DNA of 20,000 nucleotides, from the IMG/VR virus record IMGVR_UViG_3300049216_000090; one strand, 5' to 3'. How positions within the stretch are numbered: the stretch's first letter is position 1; each line of letters begins with the position of its first letter. The stretch comes from an uncultured virus (IMG/VR IMGVR_UViG_3300049216_000090) (Duplodnaviria; Heunggongvirae; Uroviricota; Caudoviricetes). The translations under genes and the position numbers were made by a program. Under the pieces are notes generated by a model. The model did not search any database. It was not told the origin of the DNA and saw nothing but the letters and a program-made list of their open reading frames with translations. This document shows, piece after piece, positions 1-7,511 of this stretch.

Positions 1-2
1 AA

Positions 3-164
3 CAGGCCGGGCATGACCTGTGGATGACCCGCAACGGGCACGGCGTCGGGTTCTGGGAAACCCCCGACTGGCCCGCCGAGCCGGGCGAACGCCTCACCAG
101 AGCGGCGAAGGCGATGGGCGAAGCCTACCTGTACGTCGGTGACGACGGTATGATCCACGCTTGA
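3..164 (+). CDS. 3' end of a phage-type hypothetical protein (5'-partial)
   Basis: Own translation, not in ORF track: QAGHDLWMTRNGHGVGFWETPDWPAEPGERLTRAAKAMGEAYLYVGDDGMIHA*. The GHDxWxTRNGHGxGFW motif is one I recall from phage hypothetical proteins. TGA at 162-164. Confidence 0.8.
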   Translation, partial: QAGHDLWMTRNGHGVGFWETPDWPAEPGERLTRAAKAMGEAYLYVGDDGMIHA

Positions 165-176
165 TCGTGGTGACGG

Positions 177-201
177 AAGCGGGGTCTAACTGACCCCGCT
201 T
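177..201 (+). terminator. GC-rich hairpin (possible terminator or RNA processing stem)
   Basis: Perfect 10-bp inverted repeat AAGCGGGGTC-taact-GACCCCGCTT shortly after the stop at 164; weak U-tract. Confidence 0.55.
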
Positions 202-269
202 GTCGGAAAGAAATCTTTAGACGTTTGTACCTTGTAGGTTGTCGCCCGACGAACTCAAGGAGATGCGAG

Positions 270-782
270 ATGACGACGACGACGAACGAACTCGTGATCG
301 GTGGCGCTCACGACCTGGACACGAAGCCCGCCCCGAAGCGCAAGAGCCGTGCGAAGCCCAAGCCCGCCCCGGTCGAAGCCCCGAAGGTCGAAGCGAAGCC
401 CGCCCCGAAGGGCGACAAGTTGGCGACCTACATCGCCATCACCGCCGCCGCCACGACCGTGGTGTTCTCGATGATCCTGAACGTCGGGGCGTTCACGGCG
501 ACGACGGGCGGGGTGTTCGGGGTGGCGCTGGGCATCGCCCTCCCGCTGTGGGTGCTGGCCGCTACCTACATCGGGAACCACATGCACGACCGGAGCAAGG
601 GCATTGCGGTGTTCGCCTACACGCTCGCCGGGTTCATGCTGCTGGTGTCCATGCCCCACCTAGCTAGTGGGTACACCGCACTCGGCCTGACGTGGTGGGA
701 AGGATGGGCGCTCGCCATCGTCACCGATCTAACGCAGGTCGTAATGAAGATGGCTATCATCAAGATGTGGCACAAGAGCTAG
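270..782 (+). CDS. Membrane protein, about 4 TM helices, with Lys/Pro/Ala-rich N-terminal tail (170 aa)
   Basis: AAGGAG SD at 257-262 favours ATG 270 over the track start at 225. KPAPK repeats are followed by four hydrophobic segments. Confidence 0.8.
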   Translation: MTTTTNELVIGGAHDLDTKPAPKRKSRAKPKPAPVEAPKVEAKPAPKGDKLATYIAITAAATTVVFSMILNVGAFTATTGGVFGVALGIALPLWVLAATYIGNHMHDRSKGIAVFAYTLAGFMLLVSMPHLASGYTALGLTWWEGWALAIVTDLTQVVMKMAIIKMWHKS

Positions 783-793
783 GTCATACGAAC

Positions 794-821
794 AAGCGCC
801 CATCGTTATGATGGGCGCTTT
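794..821 (+). terminator. Intrinsic terminator-like hairpin
   Basis: 11-bp inverted repeat AAGCGCCCATC-gttat-GATGGGCGCTT just after the TAG at 782. Confidence 0.7.
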
Positions 822-994
822 AGACAAGCGAGGTTGCAAAGATAAAAATCAAACAATTCGACAGCAAAAAGTTAGACGATAGTAGTCCAGGGGGTGGCCC
901 CTACACGCAATGACTGCCCATGTCTTCTTTCTTTGTTGCAAAGATTTTCGGCCCCAGGGTCCAGACTGTTCGCCCAGGGGCTAAAAAACTCGGT

Positions 995-1438
995 TTAAGC
1001 GACTTTCAAAAATACGCCTGCCAAAAATTTCACGTCCCCCTCCAGGGGTTGCGACTGCTTCAAGTACCGCTCGATCCGGGACTCCTCCGACGGGACGTAC
1101 TCCTTCACTTGGGAAATCCCCATGTCGTAATCGCACGGGCCGTAGGGGAGTTCGATGTCGGGAATGTCCTGGCCTTCCGGCTGGACCATCTCGTGCATGA
1201 ACGCCAACGCAGGCGGCAGGCCGAACACTTCCTGGGCTTGGTCGGCGTACCAGGGAATCTTCTTCCCCACTTCAAAGTTGCCGCCGACGAAATGTTTCAA
1301 CTCGTCCTTGCTGCCGTTGATGGCGTCCCGCTTCGGCCCGTAGTGGTGGTTCTCCCGCAGCTTGTCGATGTGGCGGTTCGGCAGGAGGGCCATCTGTTCG
1401 GGCTGGTTCAGCCAATCCTCATACTCTTCCCAAGTCAT
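995..1438 (-). CDS. Hypothetical protein, FMH[ED]-motif paralogue C (147 aa, MTWEEYEDWLNQPEQ...)
   Basis: ATG 1438 overlaps the upstream TGA (ATGA) and follows a purine-rich SD. Shares WLNxPEQ, LPPxxxFMHE and RIERYLKQS motifs with neighbours. Confidence 0.8.
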   Translation of the reverse strand: MTWEEYEDWLNQPEQMALLPNRHIDKLRENHHYGPKRDAINGSKDELKHFVGGNFEVGKKIPWYADQAQEVFGLPPALAFMHEMVQPEGQDIPDIELPYGPCDYDMGISQVKEYVPSEESRIERYLKQSQPLEGDVKFLAGVFLKVA

Positions 1439-1713
1439 TCTTCCTTCCTTTCGGGGGCGAAGAAGTAGTCCCCGTTCGGGTGATACTTCTTCTTGACCCA
1501 CAAGTCGTTCCGCTGGGCGAACAGGTCGTCTTCTACAACTCGTTCGTCGGCCCCGAACACCGCCTCGTGCATGAACATCATCTCCGGGGGCAGTTCGCAC
1601 ACGTCCGAGTTGTAGGGAAAGGGTCGGCCCAGGACGGGCACGCCCTCCAGGTAGCGTTGCAGTCTCTTCTCGGTGGACGGCAGGTAGTCTTCAAACTCTT
1701 CAATAGGAAGCAT
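1435..1713 (-). CDS. Hypothetical protein, FMH[ED]-motif paralogue B (92 aa, MLPIEEFEDY...)
   Basis: GAAAGGA SD before ATG 1713; contains VCELPPEMMFMHEAVFG. Confidence 0.8.
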   Translation of the reverse strand: MLPIEEFEDYLPSTEKRLQRYLEGVPVLGRPFPYNSDVCELPPEMMFMHEAVFGADERVVEDDLFAQRNDLWVKKKYHPNGDYFFAPERKEE

Positions 1714-1915
1714 ACTCGATCCTTTCAGATTCGTCGAGATACTGTTGCGCACGCTTCGTGTGGCTGCCCCGGCTGCTGATCGTCCGGTCGGCCTCGATCT
1801 CGTCCCAGATGTTGCTCCGGTCTTCCGGGAAATTCAAACTAATGTCATCAACTTTGTCGTCTTCGCCGAACACGGCGTCGTGCATGAACATCATTTCCGG
1901 GGGGAGGTCGCAAAC
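1553..1915. repeat. 50-bp diverged direct repeat (1553-1602 vs 1866-1915) encoding the FMH[ED] core
   Basis: 44/50 identical by hand alignment; all 6 mismatches fall at third codon positions of the minus-strand frames. Confidence 0.85.
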
Positions 1916-2167
1916 TTCGGGGTGGTAGTTGAGTGGGGCGGCGGCACGTTTGGGTTGTTCGTTGGGAACGCCCGGCCCGGTCTGTACGTTATCCGACGGG
2001 TTGTAGGTGCATTGCTCCCAGAGTTTCTTTTGTTCGGGTTCGTTGAGCCACTTAGCGTAGTCCTCGTCGGAGATGATGCCGAGCCAGTGCCCGAACTGAG
2101 CGATCAGCTTCTTGGGGATGGAGGCGGTGACGACGGAGTTGTAAGTACCTTTGCTACAGAATGCCAT
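1700..2167 (-). CDS. Hypothetical protein, FMH[ED]-motif paralogue A (155 aa, MAFCSKG...)
   Basis: GAAAGG SD before ATG 2167, just downstream of the GT stop; contains WLNEPEQ, VCDLPPEMMFMHDAVFG and RAQQYLDES. Confidence 0.8.
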   Translation of the reverse strand: MAFCSKGTYNSVVTASIPKKLIAQFGHWLGIISDEDYAKWLNEPEQKKLWEQCTYNPSDNVQTGPGVPNEQPKRAAAPLNYHPEVCDLPPEMMFMHDAVFGEDDKVDDISLNFPEDRSNIWDEIEADRTISSRGSHTKRAQQYLDESERIEYASY

Positions 2168-2177
2168 AGTGAGCCTT

Positions 2178-2960
2178 TCACATATAATGTCGGAACATAA
2201 TCTTGAAGTTATGGTAGTAAACAACCTGATCGACTGAGTAAGAAGAATCCAATTCGTAGTATTCTTGTCGGAACTCGATGTCGGGTGGTCGTCCGAAGTG
2301 TCCGTGGGCGTGGGTGGTCATGGAAAGGGGTTTGAAAGTTTTCGGCCCGGCCATGCGATGCCAAGCGTGCCAGAACTGGAACTGGCAGCGGGAGCGGTGG
2401 TCGCAGTTGTTGTAGAACTCCGTGCAGTCCTGTTCGTAGGACTCTTGGATGCGGCGGAACAACCCGGCCCGTCCGACCAGTAGGCCGCAGTTCCAGACGG
2501 GGATTTTCTCGAAGTCGGTGGGGTGGTATGTGCCGAGGAAGCCGAACTTAATGCTGATGCGGCGGGCCTCTTGGTAGAGGTTGTCGAATTCGAGGCGGTG
2601 GTCGTTCGGCCCGGCACTGATGGTGTTCTGGTCGAATTTCTCGAACAGGTGCTTCTCGTCGGCGGAAAAGTCCCGCTGGACGATGATGTCGGCGTCGGAG
2701 AGGACGATCAGGTCGTTTGGTTGTAGGAACGGGAGGGCGTCGAGGAACCGTCCGTGTTGGATCATGCCGCAGCTTTCGGTGGGGCAGCGGTCCATCGTGT
2801 GCCACTCGATGTGGCTGTGGTAGTCGGTGAGTTCTTTGGCGGGGGTGAACCCGTTGCAGACGCCCAGGATGCGGGCGCTCTTGACGGCCCGGAGAGACTT
2901 GAAGAAGTGGCTCGCCCGGTCCAGGTAGTTGTCGGTAACGGCGAAGACGAGGTTAATCAT
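2178..2960 (-). CDS. GT-A fold glycosyltransferase-like protein (GT8-like)
   Basis: N-terminal LVFAVTDNYL, DxD motif (IVLSDADIIVQ), WNCGLLVG resembling the GT8 FNxG motif, and late His-rich HAHGH. Confidence 0.7.
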   Translation of the reverse strand: MINLVFAVTDNYLDRASHFFKSLRAVKSARILGVCNGFTPAKELTDYHSHIEWHTMDRCPTESCGMIQHGRFLDALPFLQPNDLIVLSDADIIVQRDFSADEKHLFEKFDQNTISAGPNDHRLEFDNLYQEARRISIKFGFLGTYHPTDFEKIPVWNCGLLVGRAGLFRRIQESYEQDCTEFYNNCDHRSRCQFQFWHAWHRMAGPKTFKPLSMTTHAHGHFGRPPDIEFRQEYYELDSSYSVDQVVYYHNFKIMFRHYM

Positions 2961-3340
2961 TCACTATCGTAGTGTTCCTTGCTCTCTTTCAGGTAGCGTC
3001 TGATCTTGCAGTCCGGGTCTTGCACGTTGGCTTCGGCGAGGGCTTCTTCGTCCTCCCACCATTGCAGCTTCCGGGCATTCTGTTCGGGCGGGACCAGGGC
3101 GTTCTCGTTGTGCCCTTCCTCGAACACGCTTTCGTGCATGAACAGCGTGCCCGGAGCGAAGGATAGCAGGTTGCAACTAAGATTGAGTTGCAACTGTCGT
3201 TTCATTTCCTTCACATATTCGTGCGTGTCCAGCCGTCGCTGTTCTGTCGTGATCGTGGTGAACTTCCCCGGCCTCCCCTCCAACTTGTAGGGTAGGGGCT
3301 GGGGTTTCTCCTCGTTGATCTGTTCGATCTTCTGGTCCAT
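2957..3340 (-). CDS. Hypothetical protein, FMH[ED]-motif paralogue D (127 aa)
   Basis: GGAG SD before ATG 3340; ATGA-coupled to the GT; contains FAPGTLFMHESVFEE and KIRRYLKES. Confidence 0.8.
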   Translation of the reverse strand: MDQKIEQINEEKPQPLPYKLEGRPGKFTTITTEQRRLDTHEYVKEMKRQLQLNLSCNLLSFAPGTLFMHESVFEEGHNENALVPPEQNARKLQWWEDEEALAEANVQDPDCKIRRYLKESKEHYDSE

Positions 3341-3959
3341 CGTCTACTCCCGAAAGCATTACGCCAATCTCTTTGGCCGAAAGCATTGTAACAATGGTTG
3401 CGATTTCGTTCAAGTTGAGTGGCTGGCCGTCGAGGGAGTCGCCGAACGCACGGTGGGCGGCACAGGCGGCGTACAGGGTGGGGTTGTCGAGGGCGACGGC
3501 AGCGACGGCGGCGTGTCCGGCGGCGACCTGGGCGACGAGCATCAGTTCCAGGAGGATGTCGGACATCTTGGCGGCGGCTTCCTTGGAGCGGTCCTTGCCC
3601 TTCAGCCAGTTGAACCCCCACTGTTGGAAGAGGGCGTGTTCGACGGTGTTGAGTGCGCAGACGATCCCGAAGGTGATCCGCTGTTCGATGGTGAGCGTGG
3701 GGGTTTCGACCTCCCGGAGAGTTTTCATTCCCGTGGAAATCTCTCGGTAGTCGTAGTTGGTGATGTCCCCGAACGGTTCGGCCACCCACAGGCGGTGGTT
3801 CTTGTACTCGTCGTTGGCGGCGACCATCAGGGCGGCGACGGTGGGGCTTTGGTAACAGGTGAAGTAGTAGTTGTCGTTCGTCTCGGTGTGCGAAACGTCT
3901 TCGCCCCACTGACGGCCCTGCCAATCCTTACCTTCTCTGTCGGTTATGAAGTAGTACAT
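3177..3959 (-). CDS. Phage-type hypothetical protein (QWGExVxH...EQRxxFxIxCA...WLxGxDRS, Ala-rich helical C-half)
   Basis: 260-aa ORF whose motif pattern resembles phage proteins I recall; TATAAT 5 nt upstream. The last ~55 codons overlap the next gene. Confidence 0.75.
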   Translation of the reverse strand: MYYFITDREGKDWQGRQWGEDVSHTETNDNYYFTCYQSPTVAALMVAANDEYKNHRLWVAEPFGDITNYDYREISTGMKTLREVETPTLTIEQRITFGIVCALNTVEHALFQQWGFNWLKGKDRSKEAAAKMSDILLELMLVAQVAAGHAAVAAVALDNPTLYAACAAHRAFGDSLDGQPLNLNEIATIVTMLSAKEIGVMLSGVDDGPEDRTDQRGETPAPTLQVGGEAGEVHHDHDRTATAGHARICEGNETTVATQS

Positions 3960-3964
3960 ACCAC

Positions 3965-3993
3965 ATTATAGCGATATTGGGTGATATATCTAA
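3965..3993 (-). promoter_or_regulatory. Sigma70-like promoter, probably giving a leaderless mRNA
   Basis: TTAGAT-17 nt-TATAAT-gtggt-ATG(3959); perfect -10, weak -35, no SD. Confidence 0.55.
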
Positions 3994-4024
3994 AGCGGTT
4001 TTTTCGCTAACCCACCGACGGCCA

Positions 4025-4032
4025 CTATATAC
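4025..4032 (+). promoter_or_regulatory. CTATATAC putative phage late-promoter element
   Basis: 4 nt before ATG 4037; recurs at 14590-14597 (+) and as CTAGATAC at 5239-5246 (-). Confidence 0.5.
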
Positions 4033-4036
4033 AGGC

Positions 4037-4915
4037 ATGAGGAAAGAATGGATTCTTATCCTGGTTCTTGCATTGGCCCTTGTCTTTGCGTACCAAAAGA
4101 AGGCGTCGAAGGGAGTCGTACCAGTTACGCCTTCCGACAACTCGTTCGTCTTGCCGCCAGTCCCGCAACCGGATAACCGACAACCTCAACCCGTGCCGCC
4201 CCCTCAGAGGCCACAGGTTGTTGTAGACATCATCAATTGGCCTGCGGTACGACAGGTCAGCCCGACCGACATTGGTGAAGTGTTGGCCGACATCGACAGC
4301 CACATGCCTGCGGGCCACCACTACAGGTTCCCGGAGAAGATCACCTGGGCGCACGAGACGACCCACGGCATCAACGCCAACATCCGCAACAAATACTACA
4401 CGCAGAGTCGTGTCGTAAACGCCTTCTACGTTCTTCAGAACCGTGGCATCGTGGTCGAAGAGCCGAAGACGACTATCGCTGCCGTCGCCGGGAACATCCC
4501 GCAAAGCTGGCGGGGGACGTGTTACCAGCTTTACTTGGTGCAGCAGCGGCGGGACTGGAACGACAGGCCGTTGTACCTGTGCGACGAGTGGGTTGCCTAC
4601 ACGAACGGTGCGGCTTGTCGGAAAGACTTGAAGATGGAGGATCAGGCGAGCGAGATGGAGTTCACCTGCGAGTTCACCGGGTATGTGTTGAGTCTGGCCT
4701 ACACGGTGAAGCAGAAGTGTCCGGCGTATGACGACAAGCAATTCAAGGCGTTCGTCATGTGGAACATCGAGCGGACTATGAAGATTTACAACAACGAGGC
4801 GGGGGCTAATACCCGGCTCCAGGCGATTCGTACATCCCCGGACGGCGAACCCATCAGGCAGTTCGCCCGGTCCTACTTCGGTGCGGAGTGGTGCATGGAG
4901 ATATTGGGTTTTTAA
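4037..4915 (+). CDS. Membrane-anchored HExxH metallopeptidase-like protein (292 aa)
   Basis: MRKEWILILVLALALVFAY signal/anchor, Pro/Gln-rich linker, WAHETTHG zincin motif and downstream LCDEW as candidate third ligand. Confidence 0.7.
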   Translation: MRKEWILILVLALALVFAYQKKASKGVVPVTPSDNSFVLPPVPQPDNRQPQPVPPPQRPQVVVDIINWPAVRQVSPTDIGEVLADIDSHMPAGHHYRFPEKITWAHETTHGINANIRNKYYTQSRVVNAFYVLQNRGIVVEEPKTTIAAVAGNIPQSWRGTCYQLYLVQQRRDWNDRPLYLCDEWVAYTNGAACRKDLKMEDQASEMEFTCEFTGYVLSLAYTVKQKCPAYDDKQFKAFVMWNIERTMKIYNNEAGANTRLQAIRTSPDGEPIRQFARSYFGAEWCMEILGF

Positions 4916-4936
4916 TATGCGGGGTTATGCACCACG

Positions 4937-4974
4937 AACGAACAAACGCCTCCTTATGGGAGGCGTTATTCGTT
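4937..4974. terminator. Probable bidirectional terminator between convergent genes
   Basis: AACGCCTCC-ttatg-GGAGGCGTT (4945-4967), extendable by AACGAA/TTCGTT; lies between stops at 4915 (+) and 4974 (-). Confidence 0.7.
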
Positions 4975-5234
4975 TAGGAGAGGGGTTGGAACTCGACGGC
5001 GACGACTTTCCCTTTGTTGTGAGAGATGTTGAAGCGGTAGTCGAGAGTACCGTTCTCCATAAACAGCTTCAGGTCGTCGGAATGGGACTTGAAGTATCTG
5101 AGAACTTCTCTCCTCATTTCGGCGACCAGCGAATCCAGGGGGTCGGCGTTATACCCAACGAACCGTTTGAGAACGATGTTGAGTTGATTGACGACTCGGC
5201 GGCGACCCTTTCTTTTTAACCATACGTTCTGCAT
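4974..5234 (-). CDS. Hypothetical basic protein (86 aa, MQNVWLKRKG...)
   Basis: The upstream part of track ORF 4974..5621 is occupied by two other genes; ATG 5234 follows CTAGATAC by 4 nt. Confidence 0.65.
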   Translation of the reverse strand: MQNVWLKRKGRRRVVNQLNIVLKRFVGYNADPLDSLVAEMRREVLRYFKSHSDDLKLFMENGTLDYRFNISHNKGKVVAVEFQPLS

Positions 5235-5242
5235 GAACGTAT

Positions 5243-5464
5243 CTAGTCTTTGATCCCCAGCTTCTTCCGGCCTTCGTAGAATTCCAACACGCCCCGGTGT
5301 TTCAGGTCCAACATCTTCATGTCGAGCCATGCGAAGTAGAAAGCGGAGAGTTGAACGGCCCCGCCGACTAAGACCCCGGCGATCATGACGTAGCGGTTCT
5401 GGAGGAGCAGTCCGGCGGCGAGGGCCACGAGGATGATGGCGAAGCCGGTGAGGAAGAGTTTCAT
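5243..5464 (-). CDS. Small 2-TM membrane protein (73 aa)
   Basis: Two hydrophobic segments; ATGA-coupled to the upstream ORF. Confidence 0.75.
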   Translation of the reverse strand: MKLFLTGFAIILVALAAGLLLQNRYVMIAGVLVGGAVQLSAFYFAWLDMKMLDLKHRGVLEFYEGRKKLGIKD

Positions 5465-5631
5465 GACGGTTTCTTGTTCTCAGGTGTGGTCTTGTGAGTC
5501 TTCTGGCATTTCTCGTTACTGCAAACGTAGACGCCTTTCTGCACTCGGAAGCCGCCCCACTCGAAGTTGAATTCCCGTTTACAGATGTAGCAGACTTTGA
5601 ATATCTCTTCTGGCACGACATGCTCCGTCAT
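5461..5631 (-). CDS. Small Cys-rich (zinc-finger-like) protein, 56 aa; not in ORF track
   Basis: Own translation: MTEHVVPEEIFKVCYICKREFNFEWGGFRVQKGVYVCSNEKCQKTHKTTPENKKPS*. CxxC...CxxxxC; starts right after the upstream TGA and is ATGA-coupled downstream. Confidence 0.75.
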   Translation of the reverse strand: MTEHVVPEEIFKVCYICKREFNFEWGGFRVQKGVYVCSNEKCQKTHKTTPENKKPS

Positions 5632-5808
5632 TCATGATTTGCCTTTCAGGATGATGAAAGCCCGGATGTCTTTCTTCATAACCCGTCCGGTGTCGAGTTC
5701 GACCCAACGGGAAGTTCGGTCCATGAACTTCCCTTCGAGTACGGTGTCATCACGCAGGATGATACGGACCTTCTTCCCCCGGTTCGTACTGGTGTGTGGG
5801 ACTCTCAT
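5632..5808 (-). CDS. Small Sm/LSm/Hfq-like fold protein (58 aa)
   Basis: GGAG SD before ATG 5808; GKKVRIILRDDTVLEGKF (Sm1-like) and RVMKKDIRAFII (Sm2-like). Confidence 0.55.
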   Translation of the reverse strand: MRVPHTSTNRGKKVRIILRDDTVLEGKFMDRTSRWVELDTGRVMKKDIRAFIILKGKS

Positions 5809-6016
5809 TGTCTCCACGCTTCAGGCGGTCCCGTTTGCGGTTCTTCCCGTCCCTTCCGTTGAGGGCAGAACTCTGGTCGTGTCCGTAGTCGTAACATTCC
5901 ACATTTTCCGGGTCGTCCTCAAGCTGCTTCTTGTAGAACTTCCGGGCCTTCTTGTTGCCCGTCTTCTTAATCTGCCTCTTGAGTTCCCGGTAGAACCTCT
6001 TGTCGTCGTTGCTCAT
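5750..6016 (-). CDS. Hypothetical highly basic protein (88 aa)
   Basis: K/R-rich helical N-terminus DKRFYRELKRQIKKTGNKKARKFYKK; fits the gene chain but overlaps the next gene by 59 nt. Confidence 0.65.
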   Translation of the reverse strand: MSNDDKRFYRELKRQIKKTGNKKARKFYKKQLEDDPENVECYDYGHDQSSALNGRDGKNRKRDRLKRGDNESPTHQYEPGEEGPYHPA

Positions 6017-6212
6017 TTTTCAACCGTGATGTAACGGTCCCGTTGGCAACGTGCCAAACGTGACCCACGGGCGGCGCTTCGATCTTGTTGCCAGACGGAA
6101 AGGTAATGGAGCCGCCCACGGAAGCCCCCTCCATGCTGGACAAGAGAAACTGGCGGTCGGCCTCACACAAGGCCGTGACCGTCACAGGAATCTCCCTCAA
6201 GTTCTTAGACAT
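5967..6212 (-). CDS. Hypothetical protein (81 aa)
   Basis: AAGGAGG SD before ATG 6212. Confidence 0.65.
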   Translation of the reverse strand: MSKNLREIPVTVTALCEADRQFLLSSMEGASVGGSITFPSGNKIEAPPVGHVWHVANGTVTSRLKNEQRRQEVLPGTQEAD

Positions 6213-6248
6213 CGCACCCTCCTTACATCACGAGTTCGTTCTTGGTAT

Positions 6249-6395
6249 CTACTTCGGCCACGTCAGGAAAAAGAAGAACATGGCGACGGCCAAAGCGCCG
6301 AGCATCACCCCGGCGTACAGGCCCATGTTCCGACCCTCCCGCAAACCCTTTGCGTAGTCGGACTCGATGGGCTGGTTGCACTTCTCACACTTCAT
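6249..6395 (-). CDS. Small membrane protein with N-terminal CxxC (48 aa, MKCEKC...)
   Basis: ATGA overlap with the upstream stop, GGAGG upstream, C-terminal TM helix. Confidence 0.7.
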   Translation of the reverse strand: MKCEKCNQPIESDYAKGLREGRNMGLYAGVMLGALAVAMFFFFLTWPK

Positions 6396-6772
6396 GTCGT
6401 AACTTCCTCCACCACGCCGGACAGGACGATGGGAACTTCCAACGGAACCCATTCCTTCAGGTCGTTACTCATCTTGGCTTGACCGCCGCCCTTGGTGTTG
6501 ACCGCCACGGTGACGTGCTTGTGGACGTTCTTCGAGGGCACTTCACACTCGACGCCCACCGCCATCACCTTCAGGTCGGCGGCTTCCGACACCACCCGAA
6601 CCTCCACGGTCTTGCCGAGGTAGGGCTTCACGGCGTCGGAAGCCGTACCCAGGTTGGTGGTCATGTGATGGCAGATCGTCTTCCAGCCGTCCGGGATCAG
6701 GCTCCCGAAGGCTTCTTTCAGTTTGTTCTGGGATGCGTCGTCCAGGACGACGGCGGTGTAAGTAAATGCCAT
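6392..6772 (-). CDS. 2H phosphoesterase (tRNA-ligase cyclic phosphodiesterase / Swiss-army-knife-like)
   Basis: Two HxT motifs (HHMTTNLG; HKHVTVAV); AAGGAG SD; 126 aa. Confidence 0.75.
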   Translation of the reverse strand: MAFTYTAVVLDDASQNKLKEAFGSLIPDGWKTICHHMTTNLGTASDAVKPYLGKTVEVRVVSEAADLKVMAVGVECEVPSKNVHKHVTVAVNTKGGGQAKMSNDLKEWVPLEVPIVLSGVVEEVTT

Positions 6773-6815
6773 GCGAGTCTCCTTTACCTACAAGACCGGA
6801 TGACCGGGTTCTGGT

Positions 6816-7508
6816 TCACGACTTCTTTTTGGAAAGTCGGAACAGCCGCCGGTACAACTCGGCCTGAATCCCCAGCAGTTCTTGGTTTTCTTCCGCAGTG
6901 AGTTCGGCCTTCCGGCAGAGTTCTTCCTGCCGGTCCATCAGCGGCTTGCTCTCGGAGTAGATGGTCCGGGCGAAGCCGTGCGTTCGGCTGGCGAAGACGG
7001 TCGGTTCGTTCTCCCGGCGCTCGATCAGCGGCCTCTTCTTGCCGGTGACGTTGCCGATCCAGATGGTTTCCCCGTCCTCGTCGGTCCCGAAGGTGTAGGC
7101 GGTGTCGCCGTCTTCCCCGAACCCGCAGTAGTCCGACAGCAGGACGAAACTTTCCGGGTGGTGTTTGAAGTCCACCGAACTCCGGGTGTCGGTTTCCACC
7201 TTCCCGTCAACATGGCACAGTTCTTCGATGGTCCCGGCCCCGATCACGGGTTCCAACATCACCGGCGCACCAATGGAACCGCACGGCCCCAGGATTTCCA
7301 CCTGCTGGGCCAGTTGTTCCGGCGTCATGTTCGCCAGGGCGTCCCGCAGTTGTTGGTAGGTGAACCCTGGTGCGCCCGCCTCGTGGTGACGCATCCGGTT
7401 CTTCAGCGTCAGGAGTTCTTTCTTCTGCTTGTGGTGGCGGTCGAACACTTCCCTCTCCCGCTTGTTCAACTTGCGGGACCGCACCTTCTTATCGTCTTCG
7501 TCGGCCAT
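6816..7508 (-). CDS. Hypothetical protein (230 aa)
   Basis: GGAGG SD before ATG 7508; charged helical termini; no family recognised. Confidence 0.75.
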   Translation of the reverse strand: MADEDDKKVRSRKLNKREREVFDRHHKQKKELLTLKNRMRHHEAGAPGFTYQQLRDALANMTPEQLAQQVEILGPCGSIGAPVMLEPVIGAGTIEELCHVDGKVETDTRSSVDFKHHPESFVLLSDYCGFGEDGDTAYTFGTDEDGETIWIGNVTGKKRPLIERRENEPTVFASRTHGFARTIYSESKPLMDRQEELCRKAELTAEENQELLGIQAELYRRLFRLSKKKS

Positions 7509-7511
7509 GCT

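Noticed and set aside
1553..1915. 50-bp repeat pair as DGR template/variable region or CRISPR repeat
   Set aside because: Mismatches are not adenine-specific and all lie at third codon positions; no reverse transcriptase, regular spacers or cas genes.
4918..4935. GCGGGGTT...GCACCA resembling tRNA ends
   Set aside because: Far too short, with no D, anticodon or T arms.
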